In this document: positions 31,260 through 46,500 of the stretch, in pieces | Position numbering within the stretch: position 1 is the first letter of the stretch | Layout of the letters: every line of letters starts with the position of its first letter | NCBI GenBank assembly: GCA_030141605.1 | Contig: JAQGDQ010000368.1 | Location: 62,001-126,000, forward strand | Reading direction: 5' to 3' | DNA length: 64,000 nt | Origin: Tubiluchus corallicola | Lineage: Eukaryota > Animalia > Priapulida | Made by a program: the position numbers and the translations under genes | Notes under the pieces: model-generated | The model's input: the letters and a program-made list of their open reading frames with translations, nothing else | Database searches by the model: none | What the model was told of the DNA's origin: nothing

Positions 31260-31508
31260 AATTCTCAGTATAAAAAACACTTGCACAAGTGATGTATTCT
31301 GCAGGAAATATTTGTTCTCCAGTAAAAAGCAAAACACTCATAAGACTACTAATGCATGTTAATTAGACCTACCACAACGAAAAAAACTGAAAAACCTCAA
31401 ATTTTAAAATTGACAGAAAATTTAAACCACAAAATGTTGAAATGGTCATTATGGTAGGTTGTATAAATATGATATTGGTACTGGACAAAACTAGTAAAAG
31501 CTACTTAC

Positions 31509-31649
31509 ATTCTATTTCCAAAGATTGGCATTTTGGCCCAACAAAGCCTTCTGCACATAAACATCTTCCGGTTACGGAATCGCAGAGTGCGCCATTGTAG
31601 CACTCACACGTGAACGCACAGTTTGAACCATAGCGACCAATCCTACAAG
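31509..31649 (-). CDS. MEGF6: MEGF6-like exon (last EGF repeat)
   Basis: [46 protein letters not shown]; 141 nt; strong donor GTAAGT, phase 1. Confidence 0.9.
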
Positions 31650-34476
31650 CTACAAAAATATAACATAACATTACACTAATAATTAACAACTTTTTAGATT
31701 TACGTTTCAATTTGATTACAACACAACGTTTAAATGTCTGTACATTATCTAAACATCTTTGGTTTGTCTGTGCAGCACAGTGAGCAAGTTACCCATTTTT
31801 CCCTTTATGCTTCACTCATCGCATGTTTGATGCAATGCTTGTTCAATTTTAAATCTTTTCTGGAAAGGTTCTTAACTCACTATGAAGCTAAGTCACACCT
31901 GCAGGCTCATGTCCCACCTAACAGCCTTTGAACAGCCTTTCTTAGTACAAGAGTGCACTCAACTGATGCAAAATTTCACAAATATTGTAAATGACATTCT
32001 TTGTTATCGATTATATTTTAATCATTTTTCATATCTGCTTAAAATATATTATGCTTGCCTAACCTGTTTTGTTTGCTTGTATTTGTTTTGCTATGATTTA
32101 GCATAGAAAGAAATAATTTAATAGAACTTAGCATGAATGAGTACAACACATAATCAAGGCGGCCATTTTTACAGACTTGCGAGTGATTTTCTAACACGGT
32201 TTGCACAGAATATTCAGTTTCGTTGATGCTGTGATTTAAAGACCTTTAAATTTGTCGCTACAAAAATGCTGTTCAAATATGAAACAATTTTCTTTGTTTG
32301 GAAGGCTGAGAAAAAATGTACATTGTTAACACGGTAAATTGGCAGGTTTGTAAATACTGTCATTTATAATATCAACAAAAAACTGCATTAAATAAAGTTT
32401 CCTAGCCTGAACTTTTGTAATAGAGTTGACACACAGACAACTGAACCATACTACCCATTACTAACCTTCATTACAGTGAGCACCAGCATATCCTGGAGGA
32501 CACTTGCACTCTCCAGTTACTGGATCACATAAAAATGCACCACAGTCACACTTTTCTTGGCAGCTAGCACCATAATAGTCACGATCACACACTGAAATAA
32601 TCAGTGGTATATATGAAATTCAGACGTGTTTTCATAATACAGCTAATTGATTGTAAGCTTAAATGGGCAAGCACAGTCTTGAAAAAAGATAGAAGCCATA
32701 CTGAGCTTACAGAAAGCTTTCTACATAGATAACTACACTCATATCTAGGTTTGTTGGACCCCGCTTTTATAGATATTGGATAATTCGAACAAAATCTGGT
32801 TCATAGAAAGTCCCGCATACAACGGACATAATCTGTTTCGCGAGCTAACCACTTGTTGGCGGGCCGTCAGTTTGTTTGCATCCAAGCAGCATGTAATGAC
32901 ACGTGTGTAGCTTGTGTGTCGGTGTGCTAAGTTTAATCAGAGTGTGTAAATGGTTTAGAGTTAACTAAGTCAATTGCTGACAGTTTTTTATACTTTTGCA
33001 TAGGAGCAAGCCCCGTATTAGATGTTTTTGAGACAATTAGACGATTGATTCTACATTACCGTGAATATAATACACGGCGCCTACGGTATTAGCTTAGTAT
33101 CAGTGGATACGGACAATCGGCAAATTCAGACCGACATCTCCCCATTTTTGTCTGGTAAATCGAGATATTAGTGTAAATATAATGCTATAGAACTTTGGTT
33201 GAACATCCCTGAAAATTTTAAAATATTCAATTTAAGTTTAAAAAAATGAATTAAACAAATCTCGTTTGACCGTTATTCATAATTTACAGAATAAAAGTTC
33301 TTTAGGTGTATCTGTTTTAAGAATCATTGTTAGTACCATAGAACTATGTGAAGAGCTTTTCAATTGCTCAAGTGGTCTACCATTCAAGTGATGTAGTAGT
33401 TGTTCTTTAAAATTTCAGAATTTCCCGAAATTTACAATTTTGTAATTTTCAATTGAATTTATATAGTTATAGAATGATGTTATTAGAAAGCACTTGTTCC
33501 TTTTTTCTCCTTACAGCAACTTTCTTATTATTGTTATTGTATTATTGTAACATTGCATTTGTCTTTGTAAAACAAATTTATTCATTTCTGTTCTATGGAA
33601 AATGTCTCGTAAATAGCGAATTGCCAAATCATCTTTCACCTGTAACAGTCTGCTAGTTCATAGCGAGTCAAAAATTACTTACTTGACAACACTTTAAAAC
33701 ACTTGAGAGATTTGCAATAATAATCTACGAAAATTTTGTCTTATCAAGAAGATTTTCACAATCAATAATACTAAATAAATCATAAATACCTCGTTCACAT
33801 TGATCACCCATTCTGCCTTTGGGACAGAGACATCGTCCTGTGACTGATTCACAAGTCGCACTGCTTACACAGTCACATTGCAAACTGCAGTATTCACCGT
33901 AGAAGCCACTAGGACAGCCTAAAAATGTTTAAACCAAGTTATTGTTTTGTAAACTAGACACCAGGGTCCGGTTTCATAAAGCCGTTGCTAAGCTAAAGTT
34001 AACGACATCGTTATTAATAGTTAAGTGAATGTAATAAACAGTTAACTTAGTGACAGCTCTGTGAAACCGGCCCCTGATTCATGTTGCTCATGCTATTCAC
34101 CATAGAAATAGTCTGAGGTTGGTTGTTCTAGGTCCTTAAAATAGTTATTACAGTGCATTCTCTGTTAAGGAGCTAGATTGAAACAATTAGAGAAGAAATG
34201 GCAGCTGATATATATATATATATATATATGTATAAATAAAAAAATATACATATATAAATAAAAATATATACATACATACATACATACATACATACATACA
34301 TACATACATACATACATACATACATACATACATACATACATACATACATACATACATACATACATACATACATACATACATACATACATACATACATACA
34401 TACATACATACATACATACATACATACATACATACATACATACATACATACATACATACATACATACATACATACA

Positions 34477-34512
<36 letters not shown>

Positions 34513-37500
34513 TATGTGTGAAAAAATAATTAAATATGCATATATAGATATATGTATTTACTATTTTCTTGTGTGTTTGTCACAGTATTGATTTTTGTAC
34601 ACATTTTAACACTGTACTTCATTGTTACACAAGCATGTCAAAAAGTTGCAGATGTTCTATATGATTAAAAGCACAGTTGTTTTTCCAACACATTTCACTG
34701 TCTGATCAACGCTTATCAGTTGTAATACGAGAAACTGCAACATTAAGTTTGCTATTTAATCTGTTTTCTTATCACAGTGTTGATTTGATCTTGTACATAT
34801 TGTTGCGAAACCCTCGACTGGGAGCCGCCCGTGGGGTGAGGGACGCGATGACAGCCGAGCAGTCAGCCTTCGTATGACCGTGCTGCATCCTACCAGGTAG
34901 TGCACCAGAAAGAAAGACAAATTATCATTAATTAGGATCATGACAACCGCTGCTAGGCACTGGAAAAAGCAGTACACATGGTGGACACGACAACCAAGAG
35001 AAAGATAGAAAACTATGTGCTCACTTCTTTTATAGCAAATGGTGCATGCAAAGCCAACCCTGACTAAGTGTACCCGCAACAATATTTTTACACTGTATTT
35101 TTATTTAGGTGATTGTTGCATGAACGTGACATGTATAATCATGTCAAAAACCTGCAGATGATGTGTCCGAATAAAAGCCACGTCTTTTCTTAAGTGGGTG
35201 TTGGCTGCCATTTTTCCTTTAACTCTCCTTTTAGTTTTATCTCTCTGAATAAGAACAATTTCAGTTAAGAATTGGATTCTGTAAAGATGGAAAATGGCTC
35301 TTTGTCTGGTCTGAATTCCCAGAGTTGTGGACTGTTTTTGAACAAGAGGTCTCGGTTTCCTTTTAGTTTGCCTAAGTAAGAATCAGGCATCAAGCACTTA
35401 TTGAACAACTGCTTTTCAGTTCGGTACTCATCTTAGATAATGTATTCAAAGTCAATATTGATCACTTTAAAATTAGAAAATAAGAACGTATAGGTTAAAT
35501 AATAAAGCAAAATAAAATAAGCTTACTGAATTCACAATGCTTTCCATAATATCCACTAGGACAGTGACAACAGCCAGTAATCCGGTCACATTCAGCTCCA
35601 TTCTGACACGCGCAGTCCAGTATGCATCCAGGTCCATACTTTCCCATCTCACATTCTACAAAATTAGGAAGTATAGAATTTATTAGTTAAAAATATGTTT
35701 CGTATTAGTGATTAGTCATATATATATTGTTATTAAAACACATATACATATTTAAGAAAGTTTTAATAACAAGAGTTTTTAAACAGAATTAATTTTAAAT
35801 TTGAAGTATGCAGATTCAATAGCGAGATTTAAACTCCCAACACCCAAATATACACATTTAAATATATAAAGTTTACATTATAAACAACGCATGTCTACAT
35901 TACAATACACAGAAAGTTATATACATATACAACAGACAGTTAGGGAGGAGAAATAGCTAAGTGGTCTGGTGTTTTTTAGCAACAAAAATGAAGTAACATC
36001 CAGGCTGGTCTGTGAACAGATGAGTAACTGATGTATTCATCATTTGCTCTCAGAAAATTCATTGTCACTGCGATTCTGACAGATTTCCATGTTACCCATG
36101 GCTGAGTTGTCTTTGTCAGTTTAGTATGTCATTTTAGAGGCATACAGTTGATAATGAACAAGATTCCAGTCCAGCCACAATCTTTCACCTTGACATGGGT
36201 AGATCATGTCATTGTATAAGAAACACATTAAAAGATTACACACCATTCAGACTTGTAATTTGGTAATATAACACAACAACATAAAAACAATACCAAACAG
36301 TTGAAAACAATAAATTTCAAATGACGAGATGAAGTTTGTATTTCACCATCTTGGAAAAGTAATTTATTCTTTAAAAAAAACCACCCACTGGCATTTCGAT
36401 TCCGTAGAAAGAAATTTATTAAACCTATGACACACCACAGCATCTCACAACTGGTATTAGAACAAAAAGCTTTGGTTTCACCACCCACTTACGACATGTC
36501 CATTCCTTCTCGCCTTCAGACACTGGAGGTGGACACCAGATGCTGGATGCTTTGGTGGGTGCATCATAGCTGAATTTGAAGAACTCTTTATTTTTCAAAG
36601 TAAAGCTATTGCCGCTTGCACATTACATTTTGTAAATTCTCCTGCTGTTACAGACAACAATGCTTTACTGGCAATATCAGTAAGGCACAAATAGCAGTCA
36701 TGTGGATTTGTATATAAAAAATCAACTATCTTATTCTTTGCATTTATTTAGTAAACTCCTTTCTCTAGCTTTGCATGCACACTTTAGCTACACAATGAAC
36801 TAAATACAGTCAACCTTGGATGTAAGGGTCACCTCTGGACTGGAAAACATCGTCCCTTAGATCCGATGTCACTTATAGCCGAAGTAAGAGTCAGACTGAG
36901 GGTGAATCTAGACCTGCGAGTTCTGTATATCTCATCTGGTAGCCTAATGCCCAATGAACCGTTTGTCGCAATGTATGTAATATATCAATTTAATGCAAAC
37001 ACTTCCAATCGTCTTGAACTGAACACAAAAATCAATGTTTATTCAAATTCATCCCAATTACAAGCCATTTTACTACTGGTAGTTATGCTAATAATGTTTA
37101 TGCAAATGTTTAAGAAAAGTCTTTTGGACATTTTTACTCCGACGTAATCAGCAATTTTACTTCGAGTTTGCTTGTTATTCATTTGCTTCCAAAAAAATCC
37201 GACATCTTTTTCTGGGTTAACCTAGACACGGGGCCCGCGCGATGTCTCAGCATAGGCTTTTTAGAATGTAAAAAATATTTGATCATAGGTCCCTTATATG
37301 CAAGGTAATTTATCTGGGTTCCTATTATGCAGGACCTGAAGATATCGTCCCTTATAACCGAAAGTCCCTTATATCCGAGTACCCTATATACGAAGATTTT
37401 CATAACAAAAAAAGTGACAAAAAATCGGGAACGGTGTTGGTGGTCCCTTATAAGCGAATACCTTATGCCCGAGGTGGACTGTACACTCACTTGGCTAAAT

Positions 37501-40500
37501 GTTTCACTTTTCAATGTAGTACAGCTTTCTACGTTTCACCACGTCTGCACTGAATACAATGCTAATACTAGATAGAGGCATTAGAACTGGAAATCATATT
37601 TGCAGTTTCGTGGCTCTCTTGTTTCAGATTTGGCATTTGCACCTAATGATCTCTATCAAAGTCCTGTTAACTAAGGTCATCAGACTCTACAGTTACCTTC
37701 TTCGCACGATTCTCCAGTCCAACCTAGTCCACAGTGACAGACTCCGGTCACTTTGTCACACCGACCCCCATTAGCGCAAGTGCACGTGTGGTTGCAAGAA
37801 AGTCCCCAGAAACCAACTGGACATTCTGTGCAGCAAAGAACAAAGTATTAGCAAGATATTTTTAGTATAGGCTTTGATGTTAAGAATCATCAAGACTAAT
37901 GTATATGTAACACATTGAAAGGAACCAGTTATTAAAAAAATGATAAAAGTGCTTCTCATTATTTTCATATACACTATTTTTATATACACTATATATACAC
38001 TTTATAGAGTAATTTCTATAAAAGCCAAAGTTGGATAAGAAAATGTCTCAAGGGTTACTTTAAAATATATACAGACCTATAGATGAATTATAATGGCTGA
38101 CAACTCACCTATTTGTTCAACACTAAAGTTATCTGCTTTTAATAAGACATAATTTCAGGTGAAACATATGTAGACCTATAGATGAATTATAAGGGCTGAC
38201 GATTCACCTATTTGTTCAACATTAAAGTCATTGACTTTCAATGAGACATAACTTCAGGTGAAACATATCTAGACCTAAAGATGAATTATAAGGGCTGACA
38301 ACTCACATATTTGTTCAACGCTAAAGTTATCTGCTTTTACATAATAAGACATAAACTGTGAAAACATGCGCAATACTTAAATAAACAATTACAAATTTAG
38401 TGATAAAGACAAACCTTCCTGACATTTGTCTCCTGTATAACCTGGTGGGCAAATGCACTTTCCTGTTCTTATATCACATTTTCCACCATTATTGCAGTCA
38501 CATAATTGTGTGCAGTTTGTTCCATACCACATTGATGGACATGCTATAACAAACAACAAACAACACAAGATAAAAGCCCTAGTATATATTTAACATGTAA
38601 TCACTGTATCAGCTCTTAAATTGGATGTTTTAGTATAGTGAATAAATAGCAGTATCCGCAACTGTATTAATGAATTTGTAGCAAAAAAGCTAACACATTA
38701 TGCAAATACTCTGTTCTACAATCATGTAATAAGCCTTTTCGCAGTTTCATTGTGTGCACATGCAGTTGCTATAGGTCAAAGGTTAAGTGCATCACAGTAA
38801 TGCGTCTTAACTACAACTGTCACGTGACAAGCATGTAAAGCAAAGCCATCTGCCACATCAGTTCAGTAAACTTCAGTTGTTTTACGTGGACTTTACTTAA
38901 TTATGCATTAGTCTGTGCATAGCGTGATTTAATAGCAGGTGTTGCTTGGGAACAAGAAAAAATGAACTAGGTAAGGTTCTAGCTGGTACACTTAACCTTT
39001 GACCTTTTCATAATCATCATCAATCGCTGCAACTGTGAAAAAGCTTATTTTTCACAGAAACTGATGAATGGATTTTCTTGTGTCTGTACACAATAAATGC
39101 ATTATTTTCTTCTTGTTCTAACTTAGTCTTGGCACCTACCAAGTTTTTGGTAGCTGTTTTTCTATTAGCTCAATCACAACATAATGTGCAATCAAACAAT
39201 GTACTCACGTTGATCACATAAGGTGCCGACCCATCCAGAAGGACAAGTACAATCACCATTGCGCGGATCACAATGCGCATCATTGTCACACATACAGTCT
39301 TCTAAGCAACTTGAACCAAATTTCCCAGGTTCGCAAACTGAAAATAACCATCATGAAATATAAACATCCATTAATGTTTACGGAAATAAAAGTTTGTTAA
39401 TTCAGCACAGAATTATGTGCTGTCATTTATGTCTGTTAACACTTAGTATGTCATTTATGTCTGTTAACACTGTTAATGTAGTAGTTGATAAAGACCAGTC
39501 AATCTACAAATGATGACAAAGGTGATAACTGACAATGATGGAAACAGACAATATTAGGAACTTCAACTTGTTTAAAATGATCATGTCTATTGACATGTAA
39601 AACTGGATGACTAAATTGTGCGCATGTCTGCAAATGTTTCACTGATTCGTTAACTGATAGGTTATGTTGAATAAATAAATCTAATCTAATCTAACTGCCC
39701 TATTTTAATTTTCCTATAATAAGCAGTCATCCAGCAACAATGTATGAAGTTTCTGTTTGAGTAAGCATTGGTTTCTGAGCTCTACACTAATTTTCAAAAT
39801 GCCTCTAAAACAATTTGCTACTATTAATACAATCTCTCCATTTCATCTTTCATTCACTACTCCCCCCACATTTATGTATATATTATCATTATTGCAATTA
39901 TTAATCATTTTTTTAAGATTTCCAAATACAGTTTGGCCTGTCAAGCTATGCTTTTAGGCTCAAACTGTATGCATCAAAATTCTTCTATAATGTAATTTGC
40001 ACATGTATATGCTGCCCAAGAATCTCTTTTGTAATTTCTGGATTATATTGCATTTATATTTCCTTCAGTGGAAAATTATCTGTATTTTTATTATAACTGT
40101 AAGACGCAGTGTGGAAATAAATAAACTTTAAAAAAAAAATCATGACATCATGCTGCCTTTCCATAGCAGTAATTATTGCTCGGGGTGACAAACTTAGCCA
40201 ATAAGATCAGCGACTCACATTTGACTCACAAGTTATAAACCTTCTGAATTTTGCTCTTACTTAATAACAACTAACAGTTCTTGTAATCGTGTGCCTAACT
40301 TATAAAATGACGCGTCTACTCTCTGAAAGGCTTTTGTATAGGTTATACCTGTTAGTAAGGCTGTAACGATACACCTAAGTCATGACATGATACATATCAT
40401 GATACGATTTGTATTATGATACACATTGAGTTAACGTTTAACTGCTAAGTACTAAAATAATTCAGCAAAATGTCTGATTAAATGTTTATACTCTTGTATT

Positions 40501-43500
40501 ATTTGCATTGTAAGTCACCAGAAATGCGAACCAGTTCAATGTTTTTGATTTAAAATATGCTGACTATAAAATATACGTTTTATAGTCCACATTTGCTGCA
40601 AGCCATTTCAGAAACTTACAAGCAAAACCGAAATTTGCTACTACATATATTATTATAAACACATTGTGCTTTCCACATTGGCTGGCTGCTAGCATCAGGT
40701 ACTTTTGTCAAGGTCATGTCTGCTCCTCTGCTAATGCTGTGCTCACTGCACTGATTGTTACCACAAAGTTACACTCTGTGGAGTTAAAATACAGTACATT
40801 CTACAGCTGTAGCTTGAATTATTTCTCACAGTTTTTATCAGCAGGCGGTTAAGCTTAGCTAAATATCAATTATTCAAATTATCACGATACTGGTGCACTT
40901 TGACGATACACGTCTCGTCACAAAAGATATCACTATGCTTCGATGCACCGACGTATCGCTACAGGCCTTTTTTTGATTAAGTGTCCATTGTTTTTATTAT
41001 AAATGTACTTAAGATCTTATCAAATGTTTTTTATCAAATAAAAATATTGATCAAACTAAGATGAGCAACTGCTCACACGGGATCACTATTCCGACAAAAC
41101 AAATTAATGAAGCCATGCTGTCGATGAAAAAGAAGGTAAAACTAAATAACAGAAGTGCAAATTCTACCTCGTATGCAGTTTGCTCCATCGTGTCCTGGTT
41201 TACATTTGCATTTACCATTGATTGGATTACAGATTTGACCTTCAGTACAATTGCATTCATTAGCACACTCTTCACCCCACGTGCCTTGCGGACATGCTGA
41301 AATCAGGAAGAACTCTTTGAAACAAAGTAAAATATTTTTTGATAAAACATAAAAAACTGTGCAGAACAACAACAGAAATCAACAATTTTAATACAGCAGA
41401 CACTTTACTGATTAAAAAATCAATAAATCTGATTCCATATTCACAATGACAATTAAATATTTCAAGATTAGACCATTTGTCACTTGATGCTGTTAATGAA
41501 TAATAGCTATCAATTCATCAACAAAAGGCATGGACAGTTAAAGACTATCCATAGTGGTGGAATTATTTCATAAAACCTACTTAGACACATCTACAAATGG
41601 TAAAATGTCACTCAAACTTACAGTGTTGGCACTTATATCCTGTAAACCCAGCAGGACATTTACATTCACCAGATACGTGATGACAAGGTTCATTACCACA
41701 GTTGCACACCTGAGCACAGTTGTAACCATAGTAACCAGAATGACAAGCTGAAAAATGAACATTATCCAACAAATAAAAAATAATATCCTTTTGTGATTTT
41801 AACTTAACCTGATTACAATATATTTCTTTTTTGTATTTATAATTTCAGCTTTTGTTTCATTTTCAATGCAGAAATTTGGTTGGTTAAGTACTAAATGTAT
41901 ATCAAAAGTTGTCATAGCTGTGCTTCTTTTATGACCAAGATTTTACTCCGTTATGGAAGGTGGCACACTGCAGCCAATGTTTTCCATGCAAGGGACGGAA
42001 GGCGGCAAACTGCTGCCCAGGCTCAGCACTAAGCGCAGTCACCCAGGTCTGTTTATTTCACTGTTACAGCCATGCAAGAACAGCAGAAAAGTTTAACAGC
42101 CGTGGGATTAAGGTTGCTTTGCAAAAAGTAATGCTAACCAGCCAATCACCATCTGAAGCCAGGTGCGTTCCTCAATACTGTACAGTATAGTATGTTCCCA
42201 CACAAAATCACTTGTAGGTCATTGATGAAACATATGTTTAGTTGATTGTTCTGCATTCTCTGCATTCTTACAAAAATGATTGCATATTATGGACTAGTAT
42301 TGTGTCTTTTGTGAAAACTGGTTTCTAAATATAAGTACAAGCTTATTTGTGATTGTTTGCACGTATGTGTGCGTGTGTGTGTGTGAGTGAATGCATGTGT
42401 AGAAATAAAGCTAATATTTAATATTAGTACTCAATAATGAACAACTATTTGTTTATTAACAAGATTCTGTTTTAGTAACACACCACAAGACATTGTTGTC
42501 AAATGTGCAAAACTAAAAGTGGCCCTGTTAAAAAGCAACAACGTAGCAAAAGGGTTAATACAGGAAACACTTTAACTACAATAATTTTTTGACTAATATA
42601 ATCTGCTAGGATTCACTTACGTTTTCCACAGCGGGACCCTCTCCATCCCGGCTTGCACTCGCATTCCCCAGTTTTTGGATCGCATTTTCCGCTATTCTTA
42701 CACTCGCACATTTCCGCACAGTTCTCACCGTACGAACCAGGTGCACAAACTGAAACATATGATCAAGAGATTTGCAAGGAAAGGAAATAAAACAGCAACC
42801 CTGTATGATATTTTATAATACTAATTTTCATAAAACAATATGCAACATGCTTTTCTCAAATGCATGAAATAACACCAATGACCTAGACATGCTTCTAACT
42901 TAAGCAATGGAAGAAAAAGATCTATGATTTTCTTTCAGATTTATTTCAATGGAATATATGACATGACTCAAATATTTTTGGCAACTAAGCTACATCTGAA
43001 ATGAAATAAAAAAATAAATAACACGGTATCTGTAAATGTATAGCAAGTAAGCAAGTAAATTATCTCTTTATTTTCTATCAGCTTAACTGCTACTTCTGTC
43101 AGCAGTACTTTAAACTGTGACTATCATACACAAATAATCAAATGATAATAATCGTTTAATTGAAAGGAAAGTTTAAAATATATTATATATTATATTATGT
43201 TATGTTATTTTATGTTATGTTATGTTACGTTACGTTACGTTACGTTACGTTACGTTACGTTACATTACATTACATTACATTACATTACATTACATTACAT
43301 TACATTATATTATTTACTTAGGCAAAAAAGTACAATAAAGAAAAAGTAAAAAGCAAGGTACAATTGACTAATTATGAGCTTGCAAAGCAAAATTGTCCAT
43401 AAGTTGGCGTTTAAGGTTTTCTAGTTATTCACATATCCATTTCATGAGGATCGTTTTGATACCAAGCTCATTGCTCAATCTTATTTCTGAGCTGAGGTAA

Positions 43501-46500
43501 TCCATGTTGAAACTGAGGTGCTACACACTGAAAAACATAATCTTGAAAAAATCGCTGTTAAAGTTAGCCATTGTTTTTGTCGCGTTTCTACAAAACACTT
43601 AGCAATCGCACAAATGTTGGTTGCTACGGACTTTTCAAGAGCACATTGAAGTTATGTTCAAATCAATCAGTTTAAATCCTGAAGAAGATCTGACCTCGGC
43701 AGCAGAAAAAACCTGAAGCAAAATGACGGATTCCAGGAGCTACTATCGGAGTTTGAAAATAGGAGTTTTGCACAATTGCTGTACTAGTTACTAGACAGAA
43801 AAGTGGGTATGGAGTTATAAAATTAAATTTTTAGTGTTTTTAACACTTTCTTGACAATTTAATGCTAGAATATAAAAGTCCAATATATTTAGCATTGGTT
43901 TTTACAAAATACGAAAAATTGACAGTTGACCAAATTTTTGGGTCGTTCTACTTTGAAGCATCATAACGTAGTTTTAACTATGCCGACTTATGGATGCTTT
44001 TGGTTGGCAAGCAGACAATTGATAAAAATGCGTAAATTTCTTCAGAGTCAGTAATTAAAGTTTTAGTAATTTATGGTTCACTATCACAAGTTAGTATTTT
44101 AAGTAATTTTACTTAATACAACAGTACTTACTTGATTCACATTTTTCACCCGTGAAGCCAGATAAACACTGACAAGTACCGTCAAATCGATCACATTCTC
44201 CACCGTTCAAACAATCACAGCGGCGCGCACAGTCAATACCAAAGAAGCCAAGTGGACATTCTATAATAAAGTATATAATATTGAATATCATATCATTTAC
44301 CCAATTAAATGCTCGGTGAGCTTTTCCATTTTGTTCACTTTGTCGGAATCACACGTCAATAATTTCCATTTTATAGGGACAAACAAATATGGAAACATGA
44401 GATCACACTTTCCAGTCTCAAATACACTAATAACTTTTGTATATTGTAAATGGTTAGTAAGTCCAACAGATTTTTTGATATCAGTTTGTTTATTTTTCTC
44501 ACATTACTATTTTTGCTTTGTACAGCATTTAAAACATTAAAAGCACGCGTGTGCTCTATAAATAAAAGCATTTTGATTCAACATTAAAAATTACATGTGA
44601 TATTTTTTCCCAAGAACGATATCACCAGAACAAAATCAAAATATTTTGCAAAACAGAATACAAATTGAAAGGTGAAATTGCCTTGAAGGTCCCTGCAACA
44701 CAAATCATTTAACTAGGTAGTTAATTAAGGTTATTTCAAAATTTGCTTCTTATTTAGTATATTTTTACTTCTTGTCAACTATTGAATTAATGAAGTTTCT
44801 ATTGATTCGTGCATTTGTGTTGTGTTGATGCGAAATGCACAATCTTGAAACTTGAATCAAAACACTTAAGTTAATAAAACTGCGACAAGTTAATTTACTA
44901 GACCATATAATTTCCTGTAAATGTTATAAATGCTGTACAATGCGAAAAATAGTAATGTAACAAAAAAATACAATGATACCAATACCTATTGCTCTTACTA
45001 ACCGTTTACAAAAAACGAAAGTTACTGAGGCTCAAAACTACTGAAGCAACAGGCCTATATGCAAATAAATCCTCGCAAGAACATGATAATCAATGCAGAG
45101 AAATTACTTTAATGACAAAAAAACAGATAAGGAATGAGTTTCTAAATTTGTAGAACAGATTCTGCTCAATGGTGTACAGTGGAAGTTTTTACCAAAAGAC
45201 GCAACGGAAAAATTAACTACTAACAAATAAACCAACTGACTTAGTTTAGTAGTAACAATAACATATTTACTAAAGAGAAGGGGAATAGCCAAGTGATCAC
45301 AGCGTGTGCTTAACTACTGAAGTAAAGCAATGTTGAGGTTGAAGTCGGTCAGTGAATAAATGGTTGACAGTTGACTGCAGGTAGGATACTCACTCTGGGT
45401 CGTTTCATTCAATAAGCTCATTCTGGTTGCGTGAGGGATGTATTCACAACCAAATAGGGCTAAAACAGAGTTCCCTGTTCAATAATGAGGTAGATTCCAA
45501 CTCCTCCCATTATCACTCGTATTAAGAAAGGCTAACCACTGTATGTTGGATTACAGCTTGCAGCCTGCCAAACTAAATTATTGCAAAACAATAACAACAC
45601 TGCGGATGCCAACATACGAACCTTTTTCACAAGATACTCCCCACCATCCTGGTGCACAATGACATTCTCCTGTGACATGATTACATGATCCACCATTAGC
45701 ACACATACAAGTCTGTGAACATTTGCTGCCATAGTATCCTTCCAAGCATGCTGCACAGAGAACATTGATAATATGAGAATGTAAGCACATATGGGAATCA
45801 TATATAAATCTACTGATCTCTATACTAACAGCAATGATTTTTAAGTAACGTAAAATCGTGCAATATACTTGAATACATAACTACTGTCTGATTTCTACGT
45901 ACTGTTGTATTGGAAATGTTGTATCCATTTTTCCTTTTGTATGTTGTGTGACTGTGTGGTAATAAGGCTAATGCTGTGTTCTTTTCTGGTACTAATTCAA
46001 TAACATGACTGTATTGTTTGGACAAAACATACAAACAAATGGTCAATAATGTCAAAGAACATGACAACATTGTGTAACTAACAGAACATAACTAATATAA
46101 AATCACAAATGTAGATTGAATAAATCTTTCTACATTAGTTAAATTATAATAAGCATTCGTTAGAAATTGTATCAAACAAAATTTTTCTCTCAAAAGCATT
46201 TGCATCAGTAACAAAAAGCAACAGAAATCTTGGTTCAAATTATCGTTAAATATTCTAAATTAAATCTATCGCATTTCTTTCCAAAAATGGCACATCTAGA
46301 CATTTAAGCCGTGTTACACAGAGCCGGATGTAATCCGTAAGGAGAAAAGGTGCCTTATAAAAATGAATACACTCTGATCAATGATCCCTGTCACACAGAT
46401 GATCCATTGCCATTTGCTATTTGCCGCCTAATGTGGTTTGCCTACCAAGGAGCATTTGCCATGATCCGCAGTACACTCCTTACAAGCCATTTTGGGTACT

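Noticed and set aside
34165-34505. MYVC-repeat ORFs
   Set aside because: Translations of the (CATA)n microsatellite.
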